Source of the DNA: Candidatus Latescibacterota bacterium | Lineage (GTDB): Bacteria; Latescibacterota; UBA2968; UBA8231 | DNA: 64,000 nucleotides | Direction of reading: 5' to 3' | NCBI GenBank assembly: GCA_965242865.1 | Contig: CBDETK010000013.1 | Location: forward strand, 1,504,001 to 1,568,000 | Part shown: in pieces, positions 29,447 through 38,489 of the stretch | Position numbering within the stretch: the stretch's first letter is position 1 | Layout of the letters: the number at the start of each line of letters is the position of its first letter | Translations under genes and position numbers: made by a program | The notes under the pieces: model-generated | Databases searched by the model: none | What the model was told of the DNA's origin: nothing | Seen by the model: the letters and a program-made list of their open reading frames with translations, nothing else

Positions 29447-30910
29447 ATGTATCGCAATTTCTCGTGGCTGGATTCCCGCGTTCGCGGGAATGACAAAAAT
29501 ATCTCGTCTCGCGTTTCCGTTTTGGCCGGCGTTCTCTTGTGGCTGGCGAATTCGGCCGGGGCGCGGAGCGATCTCTTTGTCCTCACCACGGACTTTTCTA
29601 CCGGCAGCACGGCCTTTTTGGCGGCGGATGCGGCCGAGGCCGAGGTGAATGTGTTGGGCATCCACTCGGATGCGGTGGGGCACTACCACGACGGGCGCGT
29701 CTATATCGTCAATCGCTTGGGCCAAGACAATATCTTGGTGCTGGACGCGCTGGATTGGCGCGTTCCGCTGGCTCAGTTTTCAGTGGGCAATGGGGCCAAT
29801 CCGCACGACATCGAAATTGTCGCCCCGGACAAAGCCTACGTTTCGCGCTACGACGCGGCATCCCTGCTGATCGTCAATCCCCAAACCGGAGCGGAATGGG
29901 GCGAAATTGATCTGAGTGCTTTTGCGGACGCCGATGGCCTGCCCGAGGTGTCGCAAATCGTCCGCGTCGGCGACCGGCTGTACTTGAGCTGCCAACGCCT
30001 CGACCGCAACAGCGGGTGGGGGCCGGTCGACGTCAGCTATCTGATCGTCGTCGAGCTGGCCAGCGATACCCTCGTGGACCTGGACCCGGACGCCGAGGGG
30101 GTGCAAGGGATTGCCCTGAGCGCGGCCAATCCCAACAGCATGGTCGCGGTCGGCGAGCAGATCGCCGTGGGAGTCGTGGCCCATTTCGGCGACCGGTCCG
30201 GCGGCGTGGAAATCGTCGATGCGGGCACCAACCGCAGCCTCGGACTGGCCGTCAGCGAGGAGGACTTGGGCGGCGACATCACGTCCATGGTGCTGGTCGA
30301 TCAAAACCGGGGCTATGCCGTGGTCGCGGACGAGAACTTCGCCAACAGCGTCCGGCCCTTTGCGTTGTCCAGCGGGGTTGTGGGGCCGCCCCTAGAAAAC
30401 ATCAGCGGCGGTTTTATCCCCAGCTTGGCGGTAGATGGCGACCGCTTGGTCGTGGCCGACCGCGGCTCGTTTGCCGACCCAGCCAGCGCCGGGCTAAAAT
30501 TCTACGACGCGGCCACGGGCGCGTTTTTGCGCGGCCCCATTGACACGGGCCTGCCGCCGGCGAATATCGTGGTTCTGAGCGATGCGCCCGTGCCGACGGC
30601 CGTAGAGGCGACCGTCGACGGCTTGCCGCGGGAGTTCGCTTTGGCCGCGGCCTATCCCAATCCCTTCAACGCCGCAGTGCAAATTCCCTTTGCGGTTTGG
30701 CAGGCCAACACCCCGGTCGTCCTGACCGTCCACGACGTCTTGGGGCGCACCATCCGCACCTTGGCGGCCGGCCCGGTCGCGGCCGGGCGACACGTGCTCC
30801 GCTGGGATGGCCGCAATGCCGCGGGGGAGCCGGTGGGCAGCGGCGCGTATTTGGTGCAGTTGCGCGCCGGCGGTCACCGCGCTGTGGGCAAGGTGATGTT
30901 GATCAAATGA
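29447..30910 (+). CDS. Secreted YncE-like beta-propeller with C-terminal FlgD-Ig/T9SS-like sorting domain, candidate corrinoid-binding protein
   Basis: Signal peptide. YIVNR, NPHDI, KAYVSRY and NPNS blades. PTAV...YPNPFN...DVLGR.IRTL...WDGRN..G..V.SG.Y C-terminal domain. Confidence 0.7.
   Translation: MYRNFSWLDSRVRGNDKNISSRVSVLAGVLLWLANSAGARSDLFVLTTDFSTGSTAFLAADAAEAEVNVLGIHSDAVGHYHDGRVYIVNRLGQDNILVLDALDWRVPLAQFSVGNGANPHDIEIVAPDKAYVSRYDAASLLIVNPQTGAEWGEIDLSAFADADGLPEVSQIVRVGDRLYLSCQRLDRNSGWGPVDVSYLIVVELASDTLVDLDPDAEGVQGIALSAANPNSMVAVGEQIAVGVVAHFGDRSGGVEIVDAGTNRSLGLAVSEEDLGGDITSMVLVDQNRGYAVVADENFANSVRPFALSSGVVGPPLENISGGFIPSLAVDGDRLVVADRGSFADPASAGLKFYDAATGAFLRGPIDTGLPPANIVVLSDAPVPTAVEATVDGLPREFALAAAYPNPFNAAVQIPFAVWQANTPVVLTVHDVLGRTIRTLAAGPVAAGRHVLRWDGRNAAGEPVGSGAYLVQLRAGGHRAVGKVMLIK
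29468..29494. repeat. dRS3/RPE-like palindrome within the 5' end of the propeller gene
   Basis: CTGGATTCCCGCGTTCGCGGGAATGAC, with an ATTCCCGCG/CGCGGGAAT inverted repeat. Translates as LDSRVRGND or WIPAFAGMT. Confidence 0.8.
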
Positions 30911-31000
30911 AAGGTCTAAGTACGCGACCCTTGCTTTGCGTCCGGGATCCTTCGGAAAACGGAAGGCTGGGGTCGGGTAACAAAATGAAAGGCAACCAAC

Positions 31001-31561
31001 ATGGTTACGCTGTCTAAGCTCTACACCAAGACAGGCGATGGCGGGATGACGCGGTTGGGCGATGGGTCGCAAGTACCCAAGACGAGTGCCCGCATCGCGG
31101 CTTACGGGTGCGTAGATGAGCTGAACTCGGTGATCGGGTTGGCCCGGGCCAGCGGGGCGGCGCACGACGACGTCCTCGCCCGAGTGCAAAACGATCTCTT
31201 CGACTTGGGGGCCGATTTGTGCGTCCCGCCAGCGGATGAAGAGCGTCTGCGCGTCCAGCCGCAGCAGGTCCTTTTTCTAGAACAGCAAATCGACCAACTC
31301 ACGCGCGACTTGGCCCCCTTGCGGAGCTTTGTCTTGCCCGGGGGGCGGCTCCCGGCCGCTTGGCTCCACTTGGCGCGGACGGTGTGTCGGCGCGCCGAAT
31401 GCGCCACTTGGCAACTGGCCGAGCAAGAGCGGGTCGGCCCGCTAGTTTGCCAGTATCTCAATCGGCTTTCCGACTTGCTGTTTGCCATGGCGCGGGCGGC
31501 CAACGACGGCGGGGAAGCGGATGTGTTGTGGGATCCGGGGAAGGGGGCGGCCGATGCGTAA
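31001..31561 (+). CDS. pduO: ATP:cob(I)alamin adenosyltransferase, PduO-type
   Basis: KLYTKTGDGGMT, AYGCVDELNS, FVLPGG, ARTVCRRAE, YLNRLSDLLF. Confidence 0.92.
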   Translation: MVTLSKLYTKTGDGGMTRLGDGSQVPKTSARIAAYGCVDELNSVIGLARASGAAHDDVLARVQNDLFDLGADLCVPPADEERLRVQPQQVLFLEQQIDQLTRDLAPLRSFVLPGGRLPAAWLHLARTVCRRAECATWQLAEQERVGPLVCQYLNRLSDLLFAMARAANDGGEADVLWDPGKGAADA

Positions 31562-32696
31562 GGCGTGTTTTTGGGCGTGGCTGGCCCTCGCCGTGGCCGC
31601 CAACAGCGAGCCTTACGGTCCGGCCAAGGACTACTTTCCCCACAAGGCCGAGCTGCAATACGCCGAGCGGTTTGCGATTGAATACTTTGCCAACTACAAA
31701 GTGGTCACCGTGCATACGCCGTGGCCCGGGGCGCAAGAAGCTGTTCGGTATGTGCTCGTTCAGCGCGGCACACCCGCACCGGCTGGGTACGCTGGCGTTC
31801 AGCGCATTGAAGTGCCCGTCCAACGCCTCGCGGCCCTATCGACGACCCAGTTGCCGCACCTCGAATTGCTCAACGCGCTCGACGCCTTGGTCGCGGTCAG
31901 CGCCATTGAGATGGTGCATTCGCCCGGCGTCAATCAGCGGTTTGCGGCCGGCAAAATCGCCGAAATTGGCCACGGCGCTGGCATCAATCTCGAGGTCGTG
32001 CTGGAATTGGCGACCGACGTGGTAATGGCCGTGGCCTCGGCCCAATTCCAGTACAATGCCCATCCGGTTTTGCAGCAGGCCGGCGTGGGCGTGGCCATCA
32101 ACGCCGAGTACACAGAGCCTTCGCTGCTGGGCCGCACCGAATGGCTCAAGTTCACCGCGGCCTTTTTTAATGCGGAGGCCCTAGCGGAAAAACGCTTTGC
32201 CGCCATCGCGGCCCAGTACCAGCAATACGCGGCCTTGGTGCGGGAGGTGCCCACGGCCCAACGCCCCACGGTGTTCGGCGGCTCGGTCTGGCGCGACCGC
32301 TGGCACGTGGCCGGGGGCAAGAGCTACGCCGCGCAATTGGTGGCCGCGGCCGGCGGCGCGTACCTGTGGGCCGACGACGATTCCGGGGGGAGCTTGCCCC
32401 TCGACTATGAGGCCGTGTACGAAAAGGCTCACGCGGCCGACGTTTGGCTAACCATGCGCAACGAGTGGCATTCACTGGCCGAGGTGCAGGCCGCGGACGA
32501 GCGCTACGCTGCGTTTGCCGCGTTCCAAAGCGGTCGAGTGTATAACGCCAACGCCCGGCTCAACGCGCACGGCGGCAACGACTATTGGGAACGCGGCATC
32601 GCCGAACCCCATATCGTGCTGGCCGATCTGATAAAAATCCTGCATCCCGCTCGCCTGCCAAACCACGTGCTCAAATTCTATCAAAAGCTGGACTGA
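31554..32696 (+). CDS. ABC substrate-binding protein, iron-siderophore/cobalamin class
   Basis: Signal peptide from the ATG at 31554, overlapping the pduO stop. YAERFAIEY, VPVQR, LGRTEWLKF, DYWE.G...P..VLADLIKILHP. Confidence 0.85.
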   Translation: MRKACFWAWLALAVAANSEPYGPAKDYFPHKAELQYAERFAIEYFANYKVVTVHTPWPGAQEAVRYVLVQRGTPAPAGYAGVQRIEVPVQRLAALSTTQLPHLELLNALDALVAVSAIEMVHSPGVNQRFAAGKIAEIGHGAGINLEVVLELATDVVMAVASAQFQYNAHPVLQQAGVGVAINAEYTEPSLLGRTEWLKFTAAFFNAEALAEKRFAAIAAQYQQYAALVREVPTAQRPTVFGGSVWRDRWHVAGGKSYAAQLVAAAGGAYLWADDDSGGSLPLDYEAVYEKAHAADVWLTMRNEWHSLAEVQAADERYAAFAAFQSGRVYNANARLNAHGGNDYWERGIAEPHIVLADLIKILHPARLPNHVLKFYQKLD

Positions 32697-32702
32697 GACG
32701 CG

Positions 32703-33779
32703 GTGACGCCTGCTCCCACCCCTACCCCTTGGCCCCGGCTGGGGCCGCGCTGGGGCCTCTTCCTCGCGATGGCTGTCGCGTTGCTCGGCCTTTTCGCGCT
32801 CAGTCTGGGCGTCGGCTCGGTGTCCATTCCCCTCGATGCGGTGGTCGCCATCCTGTGGGGGGAAGCCGAGCAAAAGCCCAGTTGGCACCATATCATCTAC
32901 GCGATCCGCCTGCCGCGCGCGCTGACGGCACTGTGGGCCGGCGCGGCCCTGAGCGTCAGCGGCTTGCAAATGCAGACCCTGTTTCGCAATCCCCTCGCCG
33001 ATCCCTTCATCCTCGGGATCAGCGCTGGCGCGAGTTTGGGCGTGGCGTTGGTCGTCTTGGGCGCGGGCGTCACCGGGGCCGGGCTGTTGGCCGGGTTGGG
33101 GCTTTTGGGCCAAGTCGGGGTGGTGGTCGCGGCCGTGGTTGGGGCGGCGCTGGTGTTGGGCTTGGTGCTTTTGGTGGGGCGGCGCGTCCAGCACACCATG
33201 ACCTTGCTCATCCTCGGCCTCATGTTCGGCTATCTGACCGGGGCCGTGGTCAGCGCGTTGCTCTACTTCAGCATTCCCGAACAGGTGCAGGCGTATGTCC
33301 TGTGGACCTTTGGCAGTTTTGGCGCGGTCGCTTGGGGCCAGTTGGTTTTTCTGACGCCGGTGGTGCTGGTCGGCTTGGCGATCGCCGGCCTGTTGGTCAA
33401 GCCGCTCAACGCCCTGCTCTTGGGGGAGACCTACGCCCGCAGCATGGGCTTGGGCGTCAAGCGGGCGCGGCTGTGGATCATCGCCAGTGCCGCGCTGCTG
33501 GCTGGCGCGGTCACCGCCTATTGCGGTCCCATTGGATTTTTGGGCGTGGCCGTGCCGCATTTGTGCCGCGCCCTGTTCAACACCTCGGACCACCGCGTCC
33601 TGCTACCGGCCAGCGTGTTGTTGGGCGGCAGCTTGGCCCTGAGCGCGGATCTGGTGGCCCGCTTGCCCGGCAGCGAAGCCACCCTGCCGCTCAACGCGGT
33701 CACCGCCCTGATCGGCGCGCCCGTGGTCACGTGGGTCATTCTGCGCCGCGGCAATTTGCGGCCGGCTTTCGCCGCTTGA
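32703..33779 (+). CDS. btuC: FecCD/BtuC-family ABC permease
   Basis: IRLPR, QTLFRNPLADP, LGE.YARSMG, GPIGF.G..VPH. Confidence 0.88.
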   Translation: MTPAPTPTPWPRLGPRWGLFLAMAVALLGLFALSLGVGSVSIPLDAVVAILWGEAEQKPSWHHIIYAIRLPRALTALWAGAALSVSGLQMQTLFRNPLADPFILGISAGASLGVALVVLGAGVTGAGLLAGLGLLGQVGVVVAAVVGAALVLGLVLLVGRRVQHTMTLLILGLMFGYLTGAVVSALLYFSIPEQVQAYVLWTFGSFGAVAWGQLVFLTPVVLVGLAIAGLLVKPLNALLLGETYARSMGLGVKRARLWIIASAALLAGAVTAYCGPIGFLGVAVPHLCRALFNTSDHRVLLPASVLLGGSLALSADLVARLPGSEATLPLNAVTALIGAPVVTWVILRRGNLRPAFAA

Positions 33780-33791
33780 GGGCTGTGGGCT

Positions 33792-34799
33792 ATGCTGCAA
33801 GCCTGTGACTTGGGGATTGGCTACGCGCCCCGAAGGGGGCCGCGCGTCGAGGTCGCCCTCCACCTCGACGCGCACTTGGTCGCCGGGGAACTCGTCTGCC
33901 TGTTGGGGCCAAACGGGGCCGGCAAATCCACGCTCATGCGGACGCTGGCTGGCCTGCAAAAGCCGCTGGCCGGCGCGGTGTTGCTCAAGGGCCACAACCT
34001 GCACGGCCTGCCCGAGCGCGCCCGGGCGCGGCGGCTGGGCTTGGTCCTGACCGAGCGGGTAGAAGTGGGCAATTTGTCGGCCTACGCACTCGTGGCGCTG
34101 GGTCGCTACCCGCACACGGGTTGGGCCGGCCGGCTTTCCCCGGCCGACGAAGCGGTGGTGCGGTGGGCTATGGACGCGGTGGGGGCTAGGCACTTGGCCG
34201 GGCGTAGCGTGGGCGAGTTGAGCGATGGCGAGCGGCAAAAGGTGATGATTGCCCGCGCCTTGGCGCAGGAACCCGCCGTGCTCCTGCTCGACGAGCCCAC
34301 GGCCTTTTTGGATTTGCCGCGGCGGGTGGAAGTTTTGCAGGTGTTGCGCCGCTTAGCCGGAGATCGCGACCGCGCGGTCTTGCTTTCTACGCACGATTTG
34401 GACTTGGCCCTGCGCTGCGCCGACCGCCTCTGGCTGCTGCCGCCGAACGGTCCGTTGCAAATCGGAGCGCCGGAAGACTTGGTGTTGAGCGGCGCCTTTC
34501 AGCGGACGTTTGCCGACGTGGAATTCGATCCGGCGCTCGGTTCCTTCCACTTGGCGCGGGAATCCGAGGGCGAAGTCGGCTTAGTGGGAGCTGGGCTGCA
34601 TGCCCGGTGGACAGCGCGGGCGTTGGAACGAGCAGGCTTCCGCGTGGCGAAAGACGCGCCGACGTGCGTCGAGCTCATCCACGCCGGCGACGCCACCGCT
34701 TGGCAGCTTCACACGGCGAGCGGCGACCGCGTCTGCGCCACCTTGTACGAGGTGGTCAAGTGCTTGAAGCATGGATGCGATATGGCTAATCAATTATAG
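33792..34799 (+). CDS. btuD: ABC ATPase, FecE/BtuD-like
   Basis: GPNGAGKST, LSDGERQK, LLDEPT, STHD. Confidence 0.88.
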   Translation: MLQACDLGIGYAPRRGPRVEVALHLDAHLVAGELVCLLGPNGAGKSTLMRTLAGLQKPLAGAVLLKGHNLHGLPERARARRLGLVLTERVEVGNLSAYALVALGRYPHTGWAGRLSPADEAVVRWAMDAVGARHLAGRSVGELSDGERQKVMIARALAQEPAVLLLDEPTAFLDLPRRVEVLQVLRRLAGDRDRAVLLSTHDLDLALRCADRLWLLPPNGPLQIGAPEDLVLSGAFQRTFADVEFDPALGSFHLARESEGEVGLVGAGLHARWTARALERAGFRVAKDAPTCVELIHAGDATAWQLHTASGDRVCATLYEVVKCLKHGCDMANQL

Positions 34800-34885
34800 T
34801 TAGCGCATGGAACGCGAAGGAGTGCCTTGAGACGAGTTAAAGAGTTGCTATCGTCGGCGAAAACGTTAACCGTGAAGACTTAGCT

Positions 34886-35128
34886 GTGACGCAGCGATTG
34901 AACGATTCAATAGATTTGCTCGCCCGAATTACCATCGATTCCGAGATCTGTCATGGAAAACCCTGCATTCGCGGCCTGCGATATCCCGTCGAGACGATCC
35001 TAGAGCTATTGAGTGCGGGGATGACGCACGAGGACATCCTCGCTGATTACGACGATTTAGAGGCCCAGGACATCCTCGCCGCATTGGATTTTGCCGCCCG
35101 CTTGAGCCGCGTCAAACGGAATTTCTAA
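34886..35128 (+). CDS. DUF433 antitoxin-like protein, no toxin partner
   Basis: RITID..ICHGKPCIRGLR.PV..IL.LL.AGMT.EDIL.DY.DL...DI.AAL.FA. Confidence 0.88.
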   Translation: MTQRLNDSIDLLARITIDSEICHGKPCIRGLRYPVETILELLSAGMTHEDILADYDDLEAQDILAALDFAARLSRVKRNF

Positions 35129-35141
35129 ACGGCGTTGTCCC

Positions 35142-36056
35142 ATGACCCGAATTGTCTCCCTATTGCCCAGCAGTACTGAAATCATCTGCGCTCTCGGCTG
35201 CGGCGCACACTTGGTTGGCCGTTCCCACGAGTGCGACTATCCGCTTGGGGTTGGCGACCTACCCGTCTGCACGGCCCCCAAGTTCGACCCGGACGGGACC
35301 TCGTACCAGATTGACCAGCGCGTCAAAGCGATCTTGCAGGAAGCGGCCTCGGTGTACCGAGTCAATGCCGACCTGCTCAACGAGTTGGCGCCGGATTGGT
35401 TGGTGACGCAATCGCAGTGCGAAGTTTGCGCTGTCAGTCTCAAGGATGTGGAGGAAGCGGCCTGTCGATTGGTGCGCTCGCGGCCGGCCATTTTGTCGTT
35501 GGCCCCCAATGCGTTGGCCGATGTCTGGGGCGATATTGAGCGGGTGGCGGCCGCGCTTGACGTAGAGGAGACCGGCCGCGCCTTGGTGGCCCAACTGCGG
35601 GACCGGCTCGGGCAAGTCGCCGCCCGCACTCGCCAGATCGACCAGCGCCCGCGCATTGCCTGCATTGAGTGGTTTGAGCCGCTGATGGCCGCGGGCCATT
35701 GGATTCCCGAATTGGTGGAAATCGCGGCCGGCCAAAACCTCTTTGCGGCGGCCGGGACGCATTCGCCTTGGCTGTCGTGGGAGGAGCTCGTGGAAGCTCA
35801 GCCGGATATTATCGTCCTGATGCCCTGCGGCTTTGACCTGCCCCGCTCCCGACGCGAGTTGCCAGCACTTACCGAGCATCCGCTGTGGTCGCGGCTGCAA
35901 GCCGTGCAGCAGGGGCAGGTATTCCTCACCGACGGCAATCAGTTTTTCAACCGCCCGGGGCCGCGGCTGGTAGAGTCCGCCGAAATGCTCGCTGAGATTT
36001 TCCATCCCCAACACGTAGATGGCACCCACGAGCATCGAGGATGGGAGTGGGTGTAG
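35142..36056 (+). CDS. BtuF-like cobalamin-binding protein without signal peptide
   Basis: RIVSLLPSSTEIICALG, GRSHECDYP, QCEVCAV, MPCGF, FNRPGPRL. Confidence 0.82.
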   Translation: MTRIVSLLPSSTEIICALGCGAHLVGRSHECDYPLGVGDLPVCTAPKFDPDGTSYQIDQRVKAILQEAASVYRVNADLLNELAPDWLVTQSQCEVCAVSLKDVEEAACRLVRSRPAILSLAPNALADVWGDIERVAAALDVEETGRALVAQLRDRLGQVAARTRQIDQRPRIACIEWFEPLMAAGHWIPELVEIAAGQNLFAAAGTHSPWLSWEELVEAQPDIIVLMPCGFDLPRSRRELPALTEHPLWSRLQAVQQGQVFLTDGNQFFNRPGPRLVESAEMLAEIFHPQHVDGTHEHRGWEWV

Positions 36057-36203
36057 GTTAGGGGTGCTCTTGCAAAATCCTATTTATGATAATTTGACAG
36101 GCGGCTCAAGGGCTTAGACTTCGTCGGCGGTGGTGGGGCCGCCGAGTGCGCCGCGGACGTTTACGGCGACAACCTCTCATCCCTCCAGAAAGAGAGCGTA
36201 CGG

Positions 36204-36860
36204 ATGATACTTAGATGTGAACAAAGTGCGGTGAAGTGCCTGATGCTCACTGTCACTATCTGTGTGTTCGGAAGTGGGCCAGCTATCGCATTGAGCGGCT
36301 CGACTCAAAGTACCAGAGCCTGGGCCCTGCCGGCCGTTTTTGGCTTGTTTGCCCGACTGCCGACGCAAGTTGATACCATGAGGTACTATCAGGGCTTTGA
36401 CTTCAGTGCCGGAAATGCTGGAAGCGAAAGCGATTCTTACGATGGGGAACAAGGCTTACCGGGGACCGATGACTTGGGGCTATATCAACTCACTCACACT
36501 GATGGCGGTCCTTCGACTCCAGGATATTTCCAAACGCCACCCGGTGGAGATATAGTTGATATAGATATATATCCTTTCAACGTGATTTTTAGACCGCCGA
36601 GAGGTGGAGATGGGTGGGGATTCCAAGAGATAATTGAAGGCCATACCTATGCAGTTTGGCCGCTCGACGGGGGGCTTGCGCTCATGTACGTCGTTGAGGT
36701 CGGTTTATGGCCACCTGACCCCGCCGGGTATGCTGGCGGGGCCATCGCCAATGTCGTGATAGAGTGGATGTATGCTCCAGAGTGGATGTATGGGGAACCG
36801 ACGGCCATTCAAGCGACTTCATGGGGGCGATTAAAAAGCAACATCCACAGGGGGCCATAG
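36204..36860 (+). CDS. Hypothetical secreted protein with TSWGRLK tail
   Basis: Hydrophobic N-terminus. Shares GFDFS.G / EG.TYA.W..GG.ALM / W.Y.P / TSWG.LK with the next gene. Confidence 0.7.
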   Translation: MILRCEQSAVKCLMLTVTICVFGSGPAIALSGSTQSTRAWALPAVFGLFARLPTQVDTMRYYQGFDFSAGNAGSESDSYDGEQGLPGTDDLGLYQLTHTDGGPSTPGYFQTPPGGDIVDIDIYPFNVIFRPPRGGDGWGFQEIIEGHTYAVWPLDGGLALMYVVEVGLWPPDPAGYAGGAIANVVIEWMYAPEWMYGEPTAIQATSWGRLKSNIHRGP

Positions 36861-36876
36861 CCCGCTCTCAAACCAC

Positions 36877-38376
36877 ATGCTATCAAGAAAAAGGAAAAAG
36901 ATGTCCCTACGTATGTTGACTGTCCTCGCTCTATGCGTTCTGATGATGCCGTCAGCGCAAGCCCAAACTGCCGAGATCGAAATAATCCCAACCGATTTTG
37001 TCCCGTTGGAGGTGGGCAATCGTTGGATATACACACATAGCTATTTTAATGAGATGTATTACGAATGGGACGACTTTTGGGAGGGAAGCTATTTCCGGCC
37101 TGACGAGGAAGAGGAAATAGCATATTGGAAACTCTTTTTCAAGCAATTTGAGATTCCTGGGTATCCATTTGGGGAGTCGAGTCCACCTAGGGCCTTAACT
37201 CGCCCGGACAATCCTACTTTGGTTGTTGAGATCACGCATACGGAATGGATCGATGGCTTTGAGTATTTTGTGTTTAGTGAGGCTCCGTATGACTGGCCCC
37301 CACTGCCGGTGTTTTTTTGGGATGGCCAGAAGGTGCGCTTGTCCGAGGACGGTATTCTGCTTTTTCGCAAGCATGGCACCGATGTTCCCTTGTATGATTT
37401 CAGTCCACAGCGTGAAGGTATAGATTCAGCTTTTCTGCTTTTTCACAAGCATGGCACCGATATTCCCTTGTATGATTTTGGCCCACAGCCTGAAGATATA
37501 GATTCAGCTTTTGAATATGAAGATATAGATTCAGCTTTTGAATATATCCCAATCGATATTCGACGATGGATGCGAGAGCGACTTACCTATCCGGATCCCT
37601 TAGACAAAATTATAAATCCAGCGTATCGGAATCAAATTTTGGAGATCGATTTTTCCTTTAGAGGCCCGATGGAATATAGTAGTTTGGATGCGTGGAATAC
37701 TCAATTTGTGAAAGGGTATGGTATAGGATCTTCTAGGAGGGAAATAGGTGGTACTGGTAATTCCCTTCACTTCTGGAATGATCTTTGGCCTATTTCTGCG
37801 ATTCTTTCTGGGAAAGAAGTGTCCTTTCAAGAAGCGACGAGTAAATTTGTAGTGGATCCTGAGCTTCCGCCGATATGGGGACAACTCGGTAAGGTATTCA
37901 ACCAATCGGGATTTGACTTCAGCAAAGGGACTGAGTCCTACGGACCCGAGGATGACTTACACTTTGGTCAACGTACACAGCATGGTTTTGGCGATGGTCC
38001 ACCTTATTTAAGCTCACGCATAGGAATGGCCGCTCTTGGGCAGGTAGAATTTGGATCGTTAGTCTCCGAAGGGCTCCCTGACCTGCGGCTCGATCCTCCT
38101 GAGCGTGTTTTTACAGATGGCACGTTCCGTTGGCTTAAAATTTGCCAAGAAGGCGATACCTATGCGCTTTGGACCCGAGAAGGAGGCATTGCGCTAATGC
38201 ATATCCTTAAGATCAGTCGCTCTAGAGGCACAGTCCGCCATCTGTTGTTTGATTGGGTGTACTATCCCGCTTCCGACCGGTCCCCTGATACGACCTCTGT
38301 CCAACCTACATCGTGGGGGCAGTTGAAAGCTACCTATACGAAAATCATGTCAAGCGACGGATTTGCGCCAAGATAG
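36877..38376 (+). CDS. Hypothetical secreted protein with TSWGQLK tail and internal duplications
   Basis: Signal peptide ending AQA, FVPLEVGNRWIY motif, C-terminal domain paralogous to the upstream gene. Confidence 0.75.
   Translation: MLSRKRKKMSLRMLTVLALCVLMMPSAQAQTAEIEIIPTDFVPLEVGNRWIYTHSYFNEMYYEWDDFWEGSYFRPDEEEEIAYWKLFFKQFEIPGYPFGESSPPRALTRPDNPTLVVEITHTEWIDGFEYFVFSEAPYDWPPLPVFFWDGQKVRLSEDGILLFRKHGTDVPLYDFSPQREGIDSAFLLFHKHGTDIPLYDFGPQPEDIDSAFEYEDIDSAFEYIPIDIRRWMRERLTYPDPLDKIINPAYRNQILEIDFSFRGPMEYSSLDAWNTQFVKGYGIGSSRREIGGTGNSLHFWNDLWPISAILSGKEVSFQEATSKFVVDPELPPIWGQLGKVFNQSGFDFSKGTESYGPEDDLHFGQRTQHGFGDGPPYLSSRIGMAALGQVEFGSLVSEGLPDLRLDPPERVFTDGTFRWLKICQEGDTYALWTREGGIALMHILKISRSRGTVRHLLFDWVYYPASDRSPDTTSVQPTSWGQLKATYTKIMSSDGFAPR
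37355..37544 (+). repeat. In-frame 78-bp imperfect and 27-bp perfect tandem duplications
   Basis: 78-bp units start at 37355 and 37433. TGAAGATATAGATTCAGCTTTTGAATA occurs at 37491 and 37518. Confidence 0.9.
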
Positions 38377-38489
38377 ACGCGGTTGCGGTGGCCTCTTATG
38401 AGGATCATCCGAACGCGCTGCGGCTCTGGGGAAGCGATGGCGACTTCCGGCTCCGCATGTGGCATTAGATGAGTTAGTCGGCTCGTCTT

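Noticed and set aside
30920-30980. Second riboswitch between the propeller gene and pduO
   Set aside because: A CGACCC/GGGTCG stem is present, but there are no B12-box motifs. At most an mRNA stability hairpin.
36058-36085. GGGGTGCTCTTGCAAAATCC as an IS end bordering the TSWG genes
   Set aside because: No matching inverted copy or transposase remnant was found in the window.
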